Positions 27,781-38,349 of a stretch of 64,000 bases of DNA are shown one piece after another. The translations under genes were made by a program, and so were the position numbers. Each line of letters starts with the position of its first letter. The first letter of the stretch is position 1. Source of the DNA: Acidobacteriota bacterium (GTDB lineage Bacteria > Acidobacteriota > Terriglobia > Acidiferrales > UBA7541); assembly GCA_018268785.1 (NCBI GenBank), contig JAFDVY010000004.1, forward strand, positions 24,735 through 88,734, in the 5' to 3' direction. The notes below the pieces were generated by a model. That model was given only the letters and a program-made list of their open reading frames with translations. It made no database searches and had not been told where the DNA came from.

Positions 27781-29118
27781 TTGAGCGAGACGACCGGGAC
27801 GAGGATCGGACTGCGCCGAACCCTTAAGTTGTCGGACCTGATTCTATACGGAATGATTGTGCTGCAACCTGTGGCTCCTATGTCGGCATTTGGCGCGCTG
27901 AGCGACCGAGGTCGCGGACACGTAGTAACAGCGGTGCTGATTGCGATGGTTGCGATGATGGCGACCGCGGTCAGCTACGGGCGAATGGCGCAAATCTATC
28001 CGAGTGCGGGGTCCGCGTTCACCTATGTTGCAAGAGAGATTCATCCGGCAGCCGGATACATCACCGGGTGGAGCATGGTGATGGACTACATCGTGAATCC
28101 CCTGATTTGCACCGTATGGTGCGCGGGGCAGGCTCACGAGTTCGCGCCGGGAATTCCGGTATGGGGCTGGAAGATTTTCTTCGCGGTGGTGTTCACCCTG
28201 CTGAACTTGCAGGGAATCAAGACATCAGCGCGAGTGAACGCTGGCCTTACTGCGGCGATGAGTTGCGTGGTGGTGGTCGTCTTTGTTTGCGCGATTCGAT
28301 ACATCCTTGGGCATCCCCACAACGATCCCGGCTTTTTCACGCGGCCGTTTTACGATCCAGCAACATTCACGACGGGCAATCTCTTCGGGTGCGCCTCGTT
28401 GGCGGTACTCACTTACATCGGCTTTGACGCCATTTCGACCCTGTCAGAGGAAGCTGAGAATCCACAGCGAAACATTTTGATCGCCACAGTCGGTACTTGC
28501 CTGCTCATCGGTATCCTCTCAGCCGCCGAAGTCTACGTCGCACAATTGGTTTGGCCGGCGTCCCAGGCGTTTCCCAACCAAGACCTGGCGTATGTGTACG
28601 CGGCAGCCAGAACCTGGGCGCCGCTCTTTCAAATCGTGGGCTTCACTCTACTCATTGCGAATTTCGGGTCTGGCATGGGAGCCCAAATTGGTGCGGCGCG
28701 ATTGCTCTACGGCATGGGAAGGAGTAACGCGCTGCCTAAATCCTTCTTCGGGGTCGTAGATGAAAAGCATCGCGTTCCACGGAACAACGTCATCCTTATC
28801 GGCGTGATCGTGTTATTGGGTTCGTTTAAGCTGTCCTTCGAACAGGGCATTGGCCTGCTCAACTTCGGAGCCTTGATTGCATTTATGGGCGTAAATGCGT
28901 CAGCGTTTGTGCGGTATTTCTTGCATAACCCAAAAAAGAATGCGTTCAACTTCCTACTGCCGATTGTTGGTTTCCTGGTCTGCGGCGGGTTGTTTGTGAA
29001 TCTAAGCCAACATGCACTCCTTCTCGGGACGGTATGGATGGTTGTCGGAGTTGCATTTGGTATCTGGAAGACAAAATGGTTCCGTGAAGAATTGTCGTTT
29101 GAAACGCCTGCCGAATAG
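27781..29118 (+). CDS. APC superfamily amino acid/polyamine permease
   Basis: About 12 hydrophobic helices. The N-terminal LKLSDLILYGMIVLQPVAPMSAFG pattern is typical of PuuP-like APC permeases. TTG start. Confidence 0.85.
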   Translation: MSETTGTRIGLRRTLKLSDLILYGMIVLQPVAPMSAFGALSDRGRGHVVTAVLIAMVAMMATAVSYGRMAQIYPSAGSAFTYVAREIHPAAGYITGWSMVMDYIVNPLICTVWCAGQAHEFAPGIPVWGWKIFFAVVFTLLNLQGIKTSARVNAGLTAAMSCVVVVVFVCAIRYILGHPHNDPGFFTRPFYDPATFTTGNLFGCASLAVLTYIGFDAISTLSEEAENPQRNILIATVGTCLLIGILSAAEVYVAQLVWPASQAFPNQDLAYVYAAARTWAPLFQIVGFTLLIANFGSGMGAQIGAARLLYGMGRSNALPKSFFGVVDEKHRVPRNNVILIGVIVLLGSFKLSFEQGIGLLNFGALIAFMGVNASAFVRYFLHNPKKNAFNFLLPIVGFLVCGGLFVNLSQHALLLGTVWMVVGVAFGIWKTKWFREELSFETPAE

Positions 29119-29199
29119 GGACCGGCGCCTCCAAACATGAGCCCGCCATTGCAATCGGAGCCACAGTTGCCGGATGATGCTGGCCACAGAGATGGCGGC

Positions 29200-30291
29200 A
29201 TGAAACGAGACGGCGGCAAGGGCGCTGCGGTAACGATGCGGGATGTTGCGAAGGTGAGCGGTTTTTCGCCCGCGACCGTCTCGATCGTGCTGAACAACGC
29301 ACCGCTTGCGCAATACATCGCCCCGGCCACAAAAAAGAAAATCGAAGAAGCGGCGCGCAAGCTGGGCTACCGGCCGAATGCGATGGCGCGATTCTTGCGC
29401 AGCAAACGGACCCACAGCGTGGGCGTGATGCTGATTGATATTACCGACCCGTATTGCACGCCGATTCTGCGCGGAATCGAGAATTCACTCTATCAAGCTT
29501 CCTATGCGCCGATTCTGGCGGACGCGCACAACCAGAAGAACCGCTTCGAACGGGCGCTGGAAATGCTGCTGGAACGGCACGTAGAAGCGTTGATTGTCGT
29601 CGCGAACTGGACGTTCGTGGACATTCACGTTTTGGCGGACTTCAATAAGCGGAATATTCCCGTTGCAACGATCGGCTGGGAATTGCCGGGCGACACGACA
29701 AGTTCTGTGATGGTGGATAACGAAGCGGGCGGGCGCCTCGCTGTGGAGCATTTGTACAAACTGGGGCACAGGAAGATCGCGTTTATCCGCGGACCCAAGA
29801 TGCTGATCGATTCGGCGCCACGCTGGAAAGGCATTCAGAAATTTGCGCATGGAGCGGGCTACGAAATCGATCAAAGCCTGGTGGTGCAGTTGCCGGATTC
29901 GCTGGACCCGAATTCCAGTTTCGACGGGGGATTCCGGTTGACGGAAGAGCTTTTGCAGAAGCGCAAGAAATTCACTGCGCTGATGGCATTTGACGACTTG
30001 ACGGCGCTGGGGGCGATTCGCGCGCTGACGAAGGCCGGGATCGAAGTGCCCGGGCAATGCTCCGTTGCGGGATTCGATGACGTGGCGCTGTCGGCGATGT
30101 CCGCGCCGTCGCTGACTACGGTGCGGCAGCCGCTTGAAACGATGGGCAATCTTGCGGTGAATGCGGTGCTCGAAGGAATCAACGCTTCGCAGGAAAAGCG
30201 CGATTGGACGATCTCGCACCAGAAAACGAGCCCCGAACTTGTGATTCGCGAATCGACGCGCGCCGTTTCTCTCTCCACAGCTGACGATTGA
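29200..30291 (+). CDS. LacI family transcriptional regulator
   Basis: HTH VTMRDVAKVSGFSPATVSIVLNN followed by a periplasmic-binding-protein-like sugar-binding fold. The start is ATG 29200 or ATG 29236. Confidence 0.85.
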   Translation: MKRDGGKGAAVTMRDVAKVSGFSPATVSIVLNNAPLAQYIAPATKKKIEEAARKLGYRPNAMARFLRSKRTHSVGVMLIDITDPYCTPILRGIENSLYQASYAPILADAHNQKNRFERALEMLLERHVEALIVVANWTFVDIHVLADFNKRNIPVATIGWELPGDTTSSVMVDNEAGGRLAVEHLYKLGHRKIAFIRGPKMLIDSAPRWKGIQKFAHGAGYEIDQSLVVQLPDSLDPNSSFDGGFRLTEELLQKRKKFTALMAFDDLTALGAIRALTKAGIEVPGQCSVAGFDDVALSAMSAPSLTTVRQPLETMGNLAVNAVLEGINASQEKRDWTISHQKTSPELVIRESTRAVSLSTADD

Positions 30292-30414
30292 AATTCTTTC
30301 TGTGCAGGACCAAACAAACTTGCGGCCAACTGCACTCTTTTTGGCCCTGTGGCCAGTATCCGGCATCCATCCTCGCGCCTAGACTGCGCGCATCCATTCA
30401 ACTGAGGAGGAGCC

Positions 30415-30909
30415 ATGAATCTCAAACGGCTCTTGTTGGCTTTCGGTGCGGCGATCGTGCTTATTTTCGTGGCCGCGGCAAACGCGGCAAACAGTCCCCT
30501 TCCCTTTTCCATTTTGACGGCTCGGACAATCTACATAGACAATCAATCCGGATTCGCGGAGCTAACCAACGTGGCTTACCTGGAGCTTTCACGCTGGGCC
30601 CGATTTGAGCCGGTGGAATCCGCGGCGAAGGCGGATTTGACGATCGTCTTGACCGGCAGCAGCTATGTGCGCGTGGTAGCGGAAAATGAACGTCCGCTGT
30701 ATGACGCGAAGAAAGTCAGTGTGCGTCCCGCGGAATTGCCGGAAGCTGCTCCGGCTGGATTTACTCGCGTCACGCTACAAGATGTAAAAACTGGCAAAAC
30801 ATTGTGGAGCGGCCTCGTTAAGACGGACGGCCCGCGCGTGAAAGGAAAACTGATCGAAGGTTTCCGCGAAGCGTACGATCAGACGGATAAGATTCGCTAC
30901 AAGCGTTAA
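30415..30909 (+). CDS. Hypothetical secreted protein
   Basis: Signal peptide MNLKRLLLAFGAAIVLIFVAAANA and GGAGGA RBS. No family recognised. Confidence 0.55.
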   Translation: MNLKRLLLAFGAAIVLIFVAAANAANSPLPFSILTARTIYIDNQSGFAELTNVAYLELSRWARFEPVESAAKADLTIVLTGSSYVRVVAENERPLYDAKKVSVRPAELPEAAPAGFTRVTLQDVKTGKTLWSGLVKTDGPRVKGKLIEGFREAYDQTDKIRYKR

Positions 30910-30924
30910 TTGGCGCGCGGCGCT

Positions 30925-33624
30925 TTAACGCGAGATGTGAATTGTATGCGGCGCCGCGTTGAAGCCATCTACAATCAGGTCCGGTTGCGCCGGCCCAAGA
31001 TCGGATTTGCGCAGACGGACCTGAACTTCGCGGCGCTCGCCAGGCAAGAGAGAAATGTAATTGTCCTCCCAGAAGACGGGAAGAATTTCCGCGGCGTCTT
31101 TGCCCTTTGTCAAACGCAGATGAACAAGGAAAGCCAGGTTTTTGCCGGTGTTTTCCAGGGTGACCTGGAACTCCGCGTCGTGGCCGGCTGGCGCCGCGGG
31201 CTTAAGCAAAGCTTTCACTGATGCCGGCGCCAAAGTTTGCAGGGCGGAAAAATCCGCATAGCCAGTCTGCGGCGTGTAATACCATTCCGTTTTTTCGAAA
31301 TTGAGCACGTCGGGTTTCGTCGAGAGCCAGTAGAAGTTGCGGCTAATGATCTGTCCCGCCGCCGAGACGAGCTGCAGGTTCAGGAAGTACGTTGAGGAAA
31401 TGTCAGCCGGCTCAGGGATGGCAAACGAGCGAGCGACGCCGTCGGCATCCACAGCAACGTCCGCTTCGCGCGAAAATGTTTCGTTCATGGAGAGGTCGTA
31501 GAGTTTTGCGACGACCTTGAGCCCAGTTTGCGGAGACTGGGTGCCATTCACCACGGCGACCATACGGTCGTCCAGATTGAACTGCACGTGAATCAGTTCT
31601 AAGGCCTTCTTTGAGCCAAAATATCCACCCGCCGGCCGCAAATCGTAGCTGTAGAGATGCCAGATCAGACCGGGCCAGGCGTTGTTGAGCATCCACTGAA
31701 TGATTCCGGTGGACTTGTACTTGTTGCGGCCATACGCCTCAAACATGGCGCGCTCGCCTTCGTAAGTCATCGCTTGCGACTTCCACGCGAAATCGTTCAC
31801 ATCGTTTGGCGCGCCGTAACGTTTTTCGAGCGCATTGGAGAAGAGTTCGATATTTTTGAATTTGCCCCCGCCGGCATGAAAATTCCAGACGTCATTGATG
31901 GGCCACAGCTTGTCTTCCGGAATAAATGTCTTCAACTCTTCGACCGGCGGCACGGCGGGACCGGGGCTGGTTTCCGTGTTGAAGCCATAAGCGCCACCCG
32001 CTTTTGTGTCCACAAACCAGTAATCCGCGGGGACATAGTCGTACGGGCCGCTCATTTTCACCCCGGATTTTCCAGTGACGTCGGTTTCCTTGGCCGTTGC
32101 GGAAGAGATAACCGGCTTGTTCCAATGAATTTCTTTTTCGACGTCAAGATATGCAACTTCGCGGTCATGCGGTGGCGGATTATCGCTGCCGTTGAGCCAC
32201 ATCAACATGCTGGGATGCGCCCTTAGCCGAAGCAATTGGTCGCGCAGAGAATTTACCGAGACTTGCTTGTTCTCTTCGCCCCACTTGCCCCATTTTTCCC
32301 AGGCGTCGCAGCAGCACCAGCCTGCCATGACGAGAATTCCATCGCGGTCGGCGCGCTCCAGAAAAGATTCGTCTTCGAGTTTTCCTTCCAGGCGAATGGT
32401 GTTGAGCCCCATTTCTTTTACATACCGAAATTCGGCTTCACGGCGTGATTCGTCCACACGAAGCATCATGTCCGGCGCCCAGCCGCCACCGCGGATGAGA
32501 ATAGGCTTTCCGTTGATCTTGAGCAGCCGGTAGCCCTCTGGGGTGAGTTCAGAGTCGGTCTGGACCAAGCCGACGTGACTTTCGATCGAGTCTGAAATCG
32601 CAGCGTCGGCCATGACGAATTGAAGCTTCAGGCGATTCAGATGCGGCTCGCCCATTTGGAAGGGCCACCAGAGCCTCGCTTTGTAAAGATTGAGCGGCGC
32701 GGTTGTCTCCGGCGAGAACACGACCTCCTTTTTCTCATTGCCGGCAAGCTCAACGGATTGAGAAAACTCGATTGGCCCGCCTTGTCCTTCGAGCGAGCCG
32801 CGCACGGTTCCCTTGACGGGAGCCGCAGTCGCGTTTGTGACTTCGGCACGAACAGTCAGGTGTGCAAAATCCGCTTTCGGGAGATTGAGTTTCGTTTCGA
32901 CCGTCGCGTGGCGAACCGTGACCGAGCCGCTCGAAGAGAGGATCACTTCCTGCCAAAGACCCATGTCTTTGTCCGGGGGAGTAGGGTTCCAGTCCACCCA
33001 GGTAATGCCCAGTTCCGCGGCGTGCGGAGCGGAAACAGAAACGGCCACAGCATTTTTTGAACCGGCCTTGACGAAATCAGTGACGTCAAACTCATAGCGG
33101 CGAAATGCGCCAACGACTGTGTCCGATCCGGCCAGCTTTCTCCCGTTGATCCAAATATCGGCTCGATAGTTGATCCCACGAAACGCGAGCCAGATACGTT
33201 TTCCTCTTTCGGACGCGGGAATCTCGAATTCTTTGCGATACCACCAGGGCACGGCATACGGGCTGTTCGGCTGCATCTCTTCATTGGCAAACTGACCGCC
33301 GATTTTGTAGTCCACACCGGGAAACGTGCGAAGGTTCATGCCGAAATAGGGGTCTTTGTAAACGCCGTTCTCGACGAGAACTGCAAAAACCGTTTTCGGT
33401 GCGGAAGTGGAATACCAACCTTCCGTGGAGAATCCGACAGTCGAAACTCGCTCGGCCGCGGCGGAAACTTTTGCCGAGGACTGGATTTTCCAGCCATCGC
33501 GCAGGACTGTGCCGCCGTCCGCGGATGCAACCGCTGCGGCAAACGCGAGCGACACTAGGGAGCCAATGGTGCGAGGGAGGAGTTTGTTCCAGGAAGACTG
33601 CCAAAGCCGGGATGGACAAAACAT
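30925..33624 (-). CDS. Glycoside hydrolase family 2 protein (exo-beta-D-glucosaminidase / beta-mannosidase-like subgroup)
   Basis: ORF 30925..33681 trimmed to ATG 33624. Signal peptide present. GH2 sugar-binding, Ig-like and TIM-barrel order with MGLNTIRLEGKLEDESFLERADRDGILVMAGWCCCDAWE. The subgroup call is from memory of CsxA-like sequences. Confidence 0.8.
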   Translation of the reverse strand: MFCPSRLWQSSWNKLLPRTIGSLVSLAFAAAVASADGGTVLRDGWKIQSSAKVSAAAERVSTVGFSTEGWYSTSAPKTVFAVLVENGVYKDPYFGMNLRTFPGVDYKIGGQFANEEMQPNSPYAVPWWYRKEFEIPASERGKRIWLAFRGINYRADIWINGRKLAGSDTVVGAFRRYEFDVTDFVKAGSKNAVAVSVSAPHAAELGITWVDWNPTPPDKDMGLWQEVILSSSGSVTVRHATVETKLNLPKADFAHLTVRAEVTNATAAPVKGTVRGSLEGQGGPIEFSQSVELAGNEKKEVVFSPETTAPLNLYKARLWWPFQMGEPHLNRLKLQFVMADAAISDSIESHVGLVQTDSELTPEGYRLLKINGKPILIRGGGWAPDMMLRVDESRREAEFRYVKEMGLNTIRLEGKLEDESFLERADRDGILVMAGWCCCDAWEKWGKWGEENKQVSVNSLRDQLLRLRAHPSMLMWLNGSDNPPPHDREVAYLDVEKEIHWNKPVISSATAKETDVTGKSGVKMSGPYDYVPADYWFVDTKAGGAYGFNTETSPGPAVPPVEELKTFIPEDKLWPINDVWNFHAGGGKFKNIELFSNALEKRYGAPNDVNDFAWKSQAMTYEGERAMFEAYGRNKYKSTGIIQWMLNNAWPGLIWHLYSYDLRPAGGYFGSKKALELIHVQFNLDDRMVAVVNGTQSPQTGLKVVAKLYDLSMNETFSREADVAVDADGVARSFAIPEPADISSTYFLNLQLVSAAGQIISRNFYWLSTKPDVLNFEKTEWYYTPQTGYADFSALQTLAPASVKALLKPAAPAGHDAEFQVTLENTGKNLAFLVHLRLTKGKDAAEILPVFWEDNYISLLPGERREVQVRLRKSDLGPAQPDLIVDGFNAAPHTIHISR

Positions 33625-33644
33625 TCGCCGCTCCTTGATGCAGC

Positions 33645-33658
33645 TTAAATCGATTGAA
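33645..33658. promoter_or_regulatory. Candidate LacI-type operator palindrome upstream of the GH2 gene
   Basis: TTAAATCGATTGAA has a perfect 8-bp core AATCGATT (33648..33655) and lies 21-34 nt upstream of ATG 33624. The function is inferred only. Confidence 0.3.
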
Positions 33659-33744
33659 TAAGGCCAAATCGCGCACGGCAAGAAGACGATCCAGCGACGC
33701 GTAGTTTAGCCTCACGGACAATTCAGCACAAGAGCCGAAAGAAA

Positions 33745-33770
33745 AAGCGCTCCGCCTGGGCGGAGCGCTT
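33745..33770 (-). terminator. Rho-independent terminator of the 33796..34719 gene
   Basis: GCGCTCCGC-ctgg-GCGGAGCGC stem, followed on the minus strand by TTTTTCTTTC. Confidence 0.65.
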
Positions 33771-33795
33771 TGAATGTTCGGTTTGCCAGGAGAAG

Positions 33796-34719
33796 TTATT
33801 TCGCGGGAGGCAGCCAAGCCTGATTGGCGTGCATGAATTCCACGCCGGCAAGCTCCGTTTTCAAACGGGCACTTGCAAATTTCCCTTTCGGCCCGCCGTC
33901 GCCCGCAAACGTCAGGAGATATTGGTTGTCGAGATGCATTTGCATCTCATCGAGATATGGTTTGAAGGACACAGGAGCAGACGTGCCAAGAAAATAGGCT
34001 TCGCCGCCAGTCTCTTCGCAGAGCTTGCTGAGATTGTTCTGCGCCATATTTGCCAGGAAAAAGGAACGGCTGCGATGCCCTGCTCCGGGATAGTAAATGT
34101 TCCAAAGGTTGATGTTCTCTTTTTCCGCGCGAGAGATGGCTGAGTCCACATCAGGATAGATGGGCCCGAAGCCGCCGCGAAAGTAATCAGTACCGGACGA
34201 AATGAGCAAGAGCGAGCGGCGATCTCCGCTGGCCGGCCACCGCTTCATCCAGTCGATCACCGAGAGATAGGGACTCGAGTAAGCCGCTGGGAAACCGAGC
34301 GGAATGCGCAGCGCTTTTGCGGCAAGCTCATGGTCGGTCGTAAAATCTTGCGCGACCCGGACCGTGGAGTTGCCGGCGTATCCGACGGCAATATAGGTTG
34401 TCGCAGGCTGTGCATCGATAAACTGCTTCAATTCGCTCCATTGGCCGGCGACATCGCTGTTAAGAGAATCGTCAATCAAAATGGCGAGGTAGAGTTTTTC
34501 GGCTTTCGTCCATTGCGCGATCTGTTTGCGCTCTTTTCCAAGGGTAAGCTGCACGTCGTCTTTGCTGATGGCCGGCGGCCCTCCCTTTTTCCCGATTGCC
34601 GTGACCGTGAAGGTCGCGGTGCCGGACTCCGCCGCAGCCAATGCTGCCGGCACGCTTGCCGAAAAAAGCGAAAGTCCTGCTGCAAGGAAAACTGCGGACA
34701 GCGGGGTTCTAGCGTTCAT
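33796..34719 (-). CDS. Secreted hypothetical protein (VWA-like fold suspected)
   Basis: Signal peptide MNARTPLSAVFLAAGLSLFSASVPAALA. The segment LYLAILIDDSLNSD...SLLLISSGTDY resembles a VWA MIDAS-like beta-strand/loop pattern. The assignment is weak. Confidence 0.55.
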   Translation of the reverse strand: MNARTPLSAVFLAAGLSLFSASVPAALAAAESGTATFTVTAIGKKGGPPAISKDDVQLTLGKERKQIAQWTKAEKLYLAILIDDSLNSDVAGQWSELKQFIDAQPATTYIAVGYAGNSTVRVAQDFTTDHELAAKALRIPLGFPAAYSSPYLSVIDWMKRWPASGDRRSLLLISSGTDYFRGGFGPIYPDVDSAISRAEKENINLWNIYYPGAGHRSRSFFLANMAQNNLSKLCEETGGEAYFLGTSAPVSFKPYLDEMQMHLDNQYLLTFAGDGGPKGKFASARLKTELAGVEFMHANQAWLPPAK

Positions 34720-34896
34720 GATTTACCGCTCCTAATGTTCGTCTCAGTACATGGTCCCAAAAGGTTAGATGCGGCAGAAGCCAAAATGAGATATATCATC
34801 TCCCGGCGAAAATGGCTCCCCTGGAAAAGCGGCACGGGACTTTTTTGAAACCGAAACTGGCTTGAACGGGAATTTGCGGAGGTAAGAAGCTCTATC

Positions 34897-36399
34897 GTGA
34901 ACAATTATCTTGGGGCACTTGATCAGGGCACGACGAGCACGCGGTTCATCGTGTTTGATAAGGGCGGACGCATCGTCAGCGCCGCGCAAAAGGAGCACGA
35001 ACAGATTTTTCCGCAGCCGGGATGGGTCGAGCACAATCCGGCTGAGATCTGGCAGAGAACGCAGGAAGTGGTTTCAGAAGCGCTGGCTAAAAGCGGGCTC
35101 AGCGCTCGGGATCTCGCTGCAATTGGAATCACGAATCAACGCGAAACGACGGTGGTGTGGGAAAAGGCCACGGGAAAGCCAGTGAGGAACGCCATCGTCT
35201 GGCAAGATACGCGTGTTGCGCCGGAAGTTGCACAATTCAGCGCGCAGGGCGGGCAGGATCGCTTTCGCGCCAAGACCGGCTTGCCATTGAGCACATATTT
35301 CAGCGGGCTCAAGCTGCGATGGATTTTGCGGAATGTAAAAGATGCGGAAGAACGCGCAAAAAACGGCGAGCTCCTTTTTGGAAACATCGATACATTTCTG
35401 CTGTGGAATCTGACGGGTGGCTCACAGGGCGGCGTGCACGCCACGGATGTGACCAATGCGAGCCGCACACAACTTCTGAATTTGAAGACTCTCGATTGGG
35501 ACGATGAGCTCTTGCGCGCGTTCGAGATCCCTCGCGCGATGCTGCCGCAGGTGCGGTCGAGCAGCGAGGTGTACGGCACAGTTTCAAGCGGGACCGGGAG
35601 CGGAGTGCCAATCGCGGGAATCCTGGGCGACCAGCAGGCGGCGCTGGTTGGGCAGGTTTGTCTTCGGCCCGGTGAAGTGAAAAACACATACGGCACCGGC
35701 TGCTTTTTGCTGATGAATACGGGCGAACAGAGTGTGGCATCGCAGTTTGGTTTGCTTACCACCGTTGCCTACAAGTTTGGCGCGGCCCCGGCGTGCTATG
35801 CACTGGAAGGCAGCGTGGCGATTACGGGAGCTCTGGTGCAGTGGCTTCGCGACAACCTGGGATTGATTGCGAAGAGCGCCGACGTGGAGGCATTGGCGCG
35901 AACCGTGCCCGACAACGGCGGCGTATATATTGTCCCGGCGTTTTCCGGATTGTACGCGCCCTACTGGAAGGATTCCGCGCGCGGCGTCATTGCAGGGCTT
36001 ACCAGATTTGCCAACAAAGGACACATTGCGCGCGCAGTGCTGGAAGCGACGGCCTTTCAAACCCGGGAAGTTGTGGACGCCATGGAAAAAGACGCGAAGA
36101 TTCCGCTGGCGACTCTGCGTGTGGACGGCGGTATGGTTGCGAACGAACTCCTGATGCAATTTCAGAGCGACATTTTAGACAAAGATGTGGTGCGGCCCGT
36201 CGTGGCGGAGACCACGGCGCTTGGCGCCGCTTATGCAGCCGGTCTGGCAGTCGGATTTTACAAAGGGGTGGACGAACTGCTGGCAAATTGGCGAGTGGAC
36301 AAGACGTGGAAACCATCGCTCGCCGAACCACAGCGGCAAAAGCTTTATCGCGATTGGAAAAAAGCGGTCGCACGCTCATTCGATTGGGCGGAAAACTAG
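34897..36399 (+). CDS. glpK: Glycerol kinase
   Basis: [31 protein letters not shown] and [18 protein letters not shown] are canonical FGGY/GlpK motifs. GTG start. Confidence 0.95.
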   Translation: MNNYLGALDQGTTSTRFIVFDKGGRIVSAAQKEHEQIFPQPGWVEHNPAEIWQRTQEVVSEALAKSGLSARDLAAIGITNQRETTVVWEKATGKPVRNAIVWQDTRVAPEVAQFSAQGGQDRFRAKTGLPLSTYFSGLKLRWILRNVKDAEERAKNGELLFGNIDTFLLWNLTGGSQGGVHATDVTNASRTQLLNLKTLDWDDELLRAFEIPRAMLPQVRSSSEVYGTVSSGTGSGVPIAGILGDQQAALVGQVCLRPGEVKNTYGTGCFLLMNTGEQSVASQFGLLTTVAYKFGAAPACYALEGSVAITGALVQWLRDNLGLIAKSADVEALARTVPDNGGVYIVPAFSGLYAPYWKDSARGVIAGLTRFANKGHIARAVLEATAFQTREVVDAMEKDAKIPLATLRVDGGMVANELLMQFQSDILDKDVVRPVVAETTALGAAYAAGLAVGFYKGVDELLANWRVDKTWKPSLAEPQRQKLYRDWKKAVARSFDWAEN

Positions 36400-36414
36400 A
36401 GGAGAACATTCGAA

Positions 36415-37146
36415 ATGACTTCGCCCTGGCTTGGAGAATTTCTTGGGACGCTGATGCTGGTTCTGCTCGGCGACGGCGTGGTGGCCGCTGTGTTGCTGAA
36501 GAAATCAAAAGCGGAGAACAGCGGATGGATGGTCATCACCGCCGGTTGGGCGTTTGCCGTGATGTGCGGGGCATTCACGGCAATCGCTTGCGGCAGCAGT
36601 GACGCATTTTTGAATCCGGCGCTGACTCTGGGGATGGCTGTGCGCAGCGGATCATTTGCAAAATTCCTGCCGTTTCTATCAGCGCAGTTGCTGGGCGCTT
36701 TTGTTGGCGCATCATTGGTTTGGCTCCATTATTTGCCGCATTGGAAAGAAACTCCGGATACCGGCGCGAAACTCGGTGTTTTTTGTACGGCGCCGGCCAT
36801 CCGCAATACTCTGACCAACTTGTTGAGCGAAATCATCGCAACGTTTGTTCTCGTCTTTGTCATCGGCGCGATATTTTCGAAAGCCGTTTCCGCCACGGGG
36901 CCTGCGCCGGGTGTTGGAATTTATCTTGTGGCCAGCTTGATATGGGGAATCGGACTCTCTCTCGGCGGAACGACCGGCTATGCAATCAACCCCGCGCGCG
37001 ATCTGGGGCCGCGCATTGCCCATGCGATTTTGCCGATTGCCGGGAAGGGCGGTTCCGATTGGCGCTATGCTCCCATTCCTGTGATTGGACCATTTGCAGG
37101 CGGCGCGCTAGCCGGCTTGCTTCTGAAATTTCTTGCAATCAACTAA
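36415..37146 (+). CDS. glpF: MIP family aquaglyceroporin
   Basis: Two NPA boxes (NPALTLG and NPARDLGPR) and six TM helices. Lies 15 nt after glpK. Confidence 0.9.
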   Translation: MTSPWLGEFLGTLMLVLLGDGVVAAVLLKKSKAENSGWMVITAGWAFAVMCGAFTAIACGSSDAFLNPALTLGMAVRSGSFAKFLPFLSAQLLGAFVGASLVWLHYLPHWKETPDTGAKLGVFCTAPAIRNTLTNLLSEIIATFVLVFVIGAIFSKAVSATGPAPGVGIYLVASLIWGIGLSLGGTTGYAINPARDLGPRIAHAILPIAGKGGSDWRYAPIPVIGPFAGGALAGLLLKFLAIN

Positions 37147-37416
37147 TCACGTTGGTTGACGCTTTCTCCATTCGACGGTTCGAATCGCGGTCCGCGCCGC
37201 GAAGCCTGCGCTACTCCGCTAAGTGATGAGCAAACATTGCGCGAAATGGAAGCGGGTCTCGGCAAAAACGCCACGGCAAAGTTGAGGAAAGACCCTTCGA
37301 GCGAACTGCAGCAGGCGTTGGAGCTAAGCGCGGCGCAGATTCGGTTAAACAGGTAGCCTGGTACATCATTCCTGTCATTTGCTTTAGAATAACGCCGCCC
37401 TGTTTGAGGAACTTCC

Positions 37417-38346
37417 ATGAGCGTCATGCGGTCTTTGCTTCTCGCGGCATCACAAAACCGATGGCTGCGCGAGCGCGCCACAAAGTACAAATTCGTGCGG
37501 CGCAGTGTCTCCCGATTCATGCCCGGTGAAGAAGTGGAAGACGCCATCGGCGCGGCAAAGGCACTCGAATCGAAAGGAATTGCCGGGGTCTTTACCCGCC
37601 TCGGCGAAAACATCACCGACATTCGCGAAGCCGAGGAAGTAACCCAACACTATGTCGAGGTGTTGAGCAAGATTCGCCAGGCAGGCTTGCGTACGGAGAT
37701 TTCCGTCAAGCTGACACAGCTCGGACTCGATCAGTCGGCGGAACTGTGCGCCGCAAACGTGAAGAAAATAGTTCAGGCGGAAGATCCCTCAAGAACCGTG
37801 TGGATCGATATGGAAGCAAGCAACTACGTTGGCGCCACGCTCGATGTTTATCGCAGAGTTCTCGCAGGCTTTCCGCGAACCGGAATCTGTCTGCAAGCCT
37901 ATCTCTTTCGGACAAAGAAAGACCTCGAAGACCTGTTTCCTCTGAAGCCGTCTGTGCGCCTCGTGAAAGGCGCCTACAAAGAGCCACGTGAAATTGCATA
38001 CCCCAGTAAAAAAGATGTGGACGAAAACTATTTTTCTCTTGGGCAGGAAATGCTGCGCGCGCAACGCGACGGCCGCATGGTCCGCGCGGCATTCGGCACG
38101 CACGACCCAGCGCTAGTCCAACGGCTTGGCAATTTCATCGCGAAAGAAGCAATGCTGAAGAACACGCTCGAAATCCAGATGCTCTACGGAATTCAGCGTG
38201 CGGAGCAGGAACGGCTCGCGGCCGAAGGCTATCGCTCCGGGGTGCTCGTCGCTTACGGAAGCTACTGGTATCCGTGGTTTGTGCGCCGGCTCGCGGAGCG
38301 CCCGGCCAACCTCTGGTTCATGCTGAAGAATCTTTTTGCGGCCTGA
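37417..38346 (+). CDS. Proline dehydrogenase (monofunctional PutA-like)
   Basis: 309 aa with LGENI...ISVKLTQLG...RLVKGAYKEP...FGTHD, a pattern typical of the proline dehydrogenase TIM barrel. Confidence 0.85.
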   Translation: MSVMRSLLLAASQNRWLRERATKYKFVRRSVSRFMPGEEVEDAIGAAKALESKGIAGVFTRLGENITDIREAEEVTQHYVEVLSKIRQAGLRTEISVKLTQLGLDQSAELCAANVKKIVQAEDPSRTVWIDMEASNYVGATLDVYRRVLAGFPRTGICLQAYLFRTKKDLEDLFPLKPSVRLVKGAYKEPREIAYPSKKDVDENYFSLGQEMLRAQRDGRMVRAAFGTHDPALVQRLGNFIAKEAMLKNTLEIQMLYGIQRAEQERLAAEGYRSGVLVAYGSYWYPWFVRRLAERPANLWFMLKNLFAA

Positions 38347-38349
38347 CTC

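Noticed and set aside
37156-37356. A 66-aa TTG-initiated ORF between glpF and the proline dehydrogenase gene.
   Set aside because: It has no RBS and no hydrophobic or recognisable motif. It could be real but is unsupported, and the overlapping 37143..37622 minus-strand ORF is equally unconvincing.
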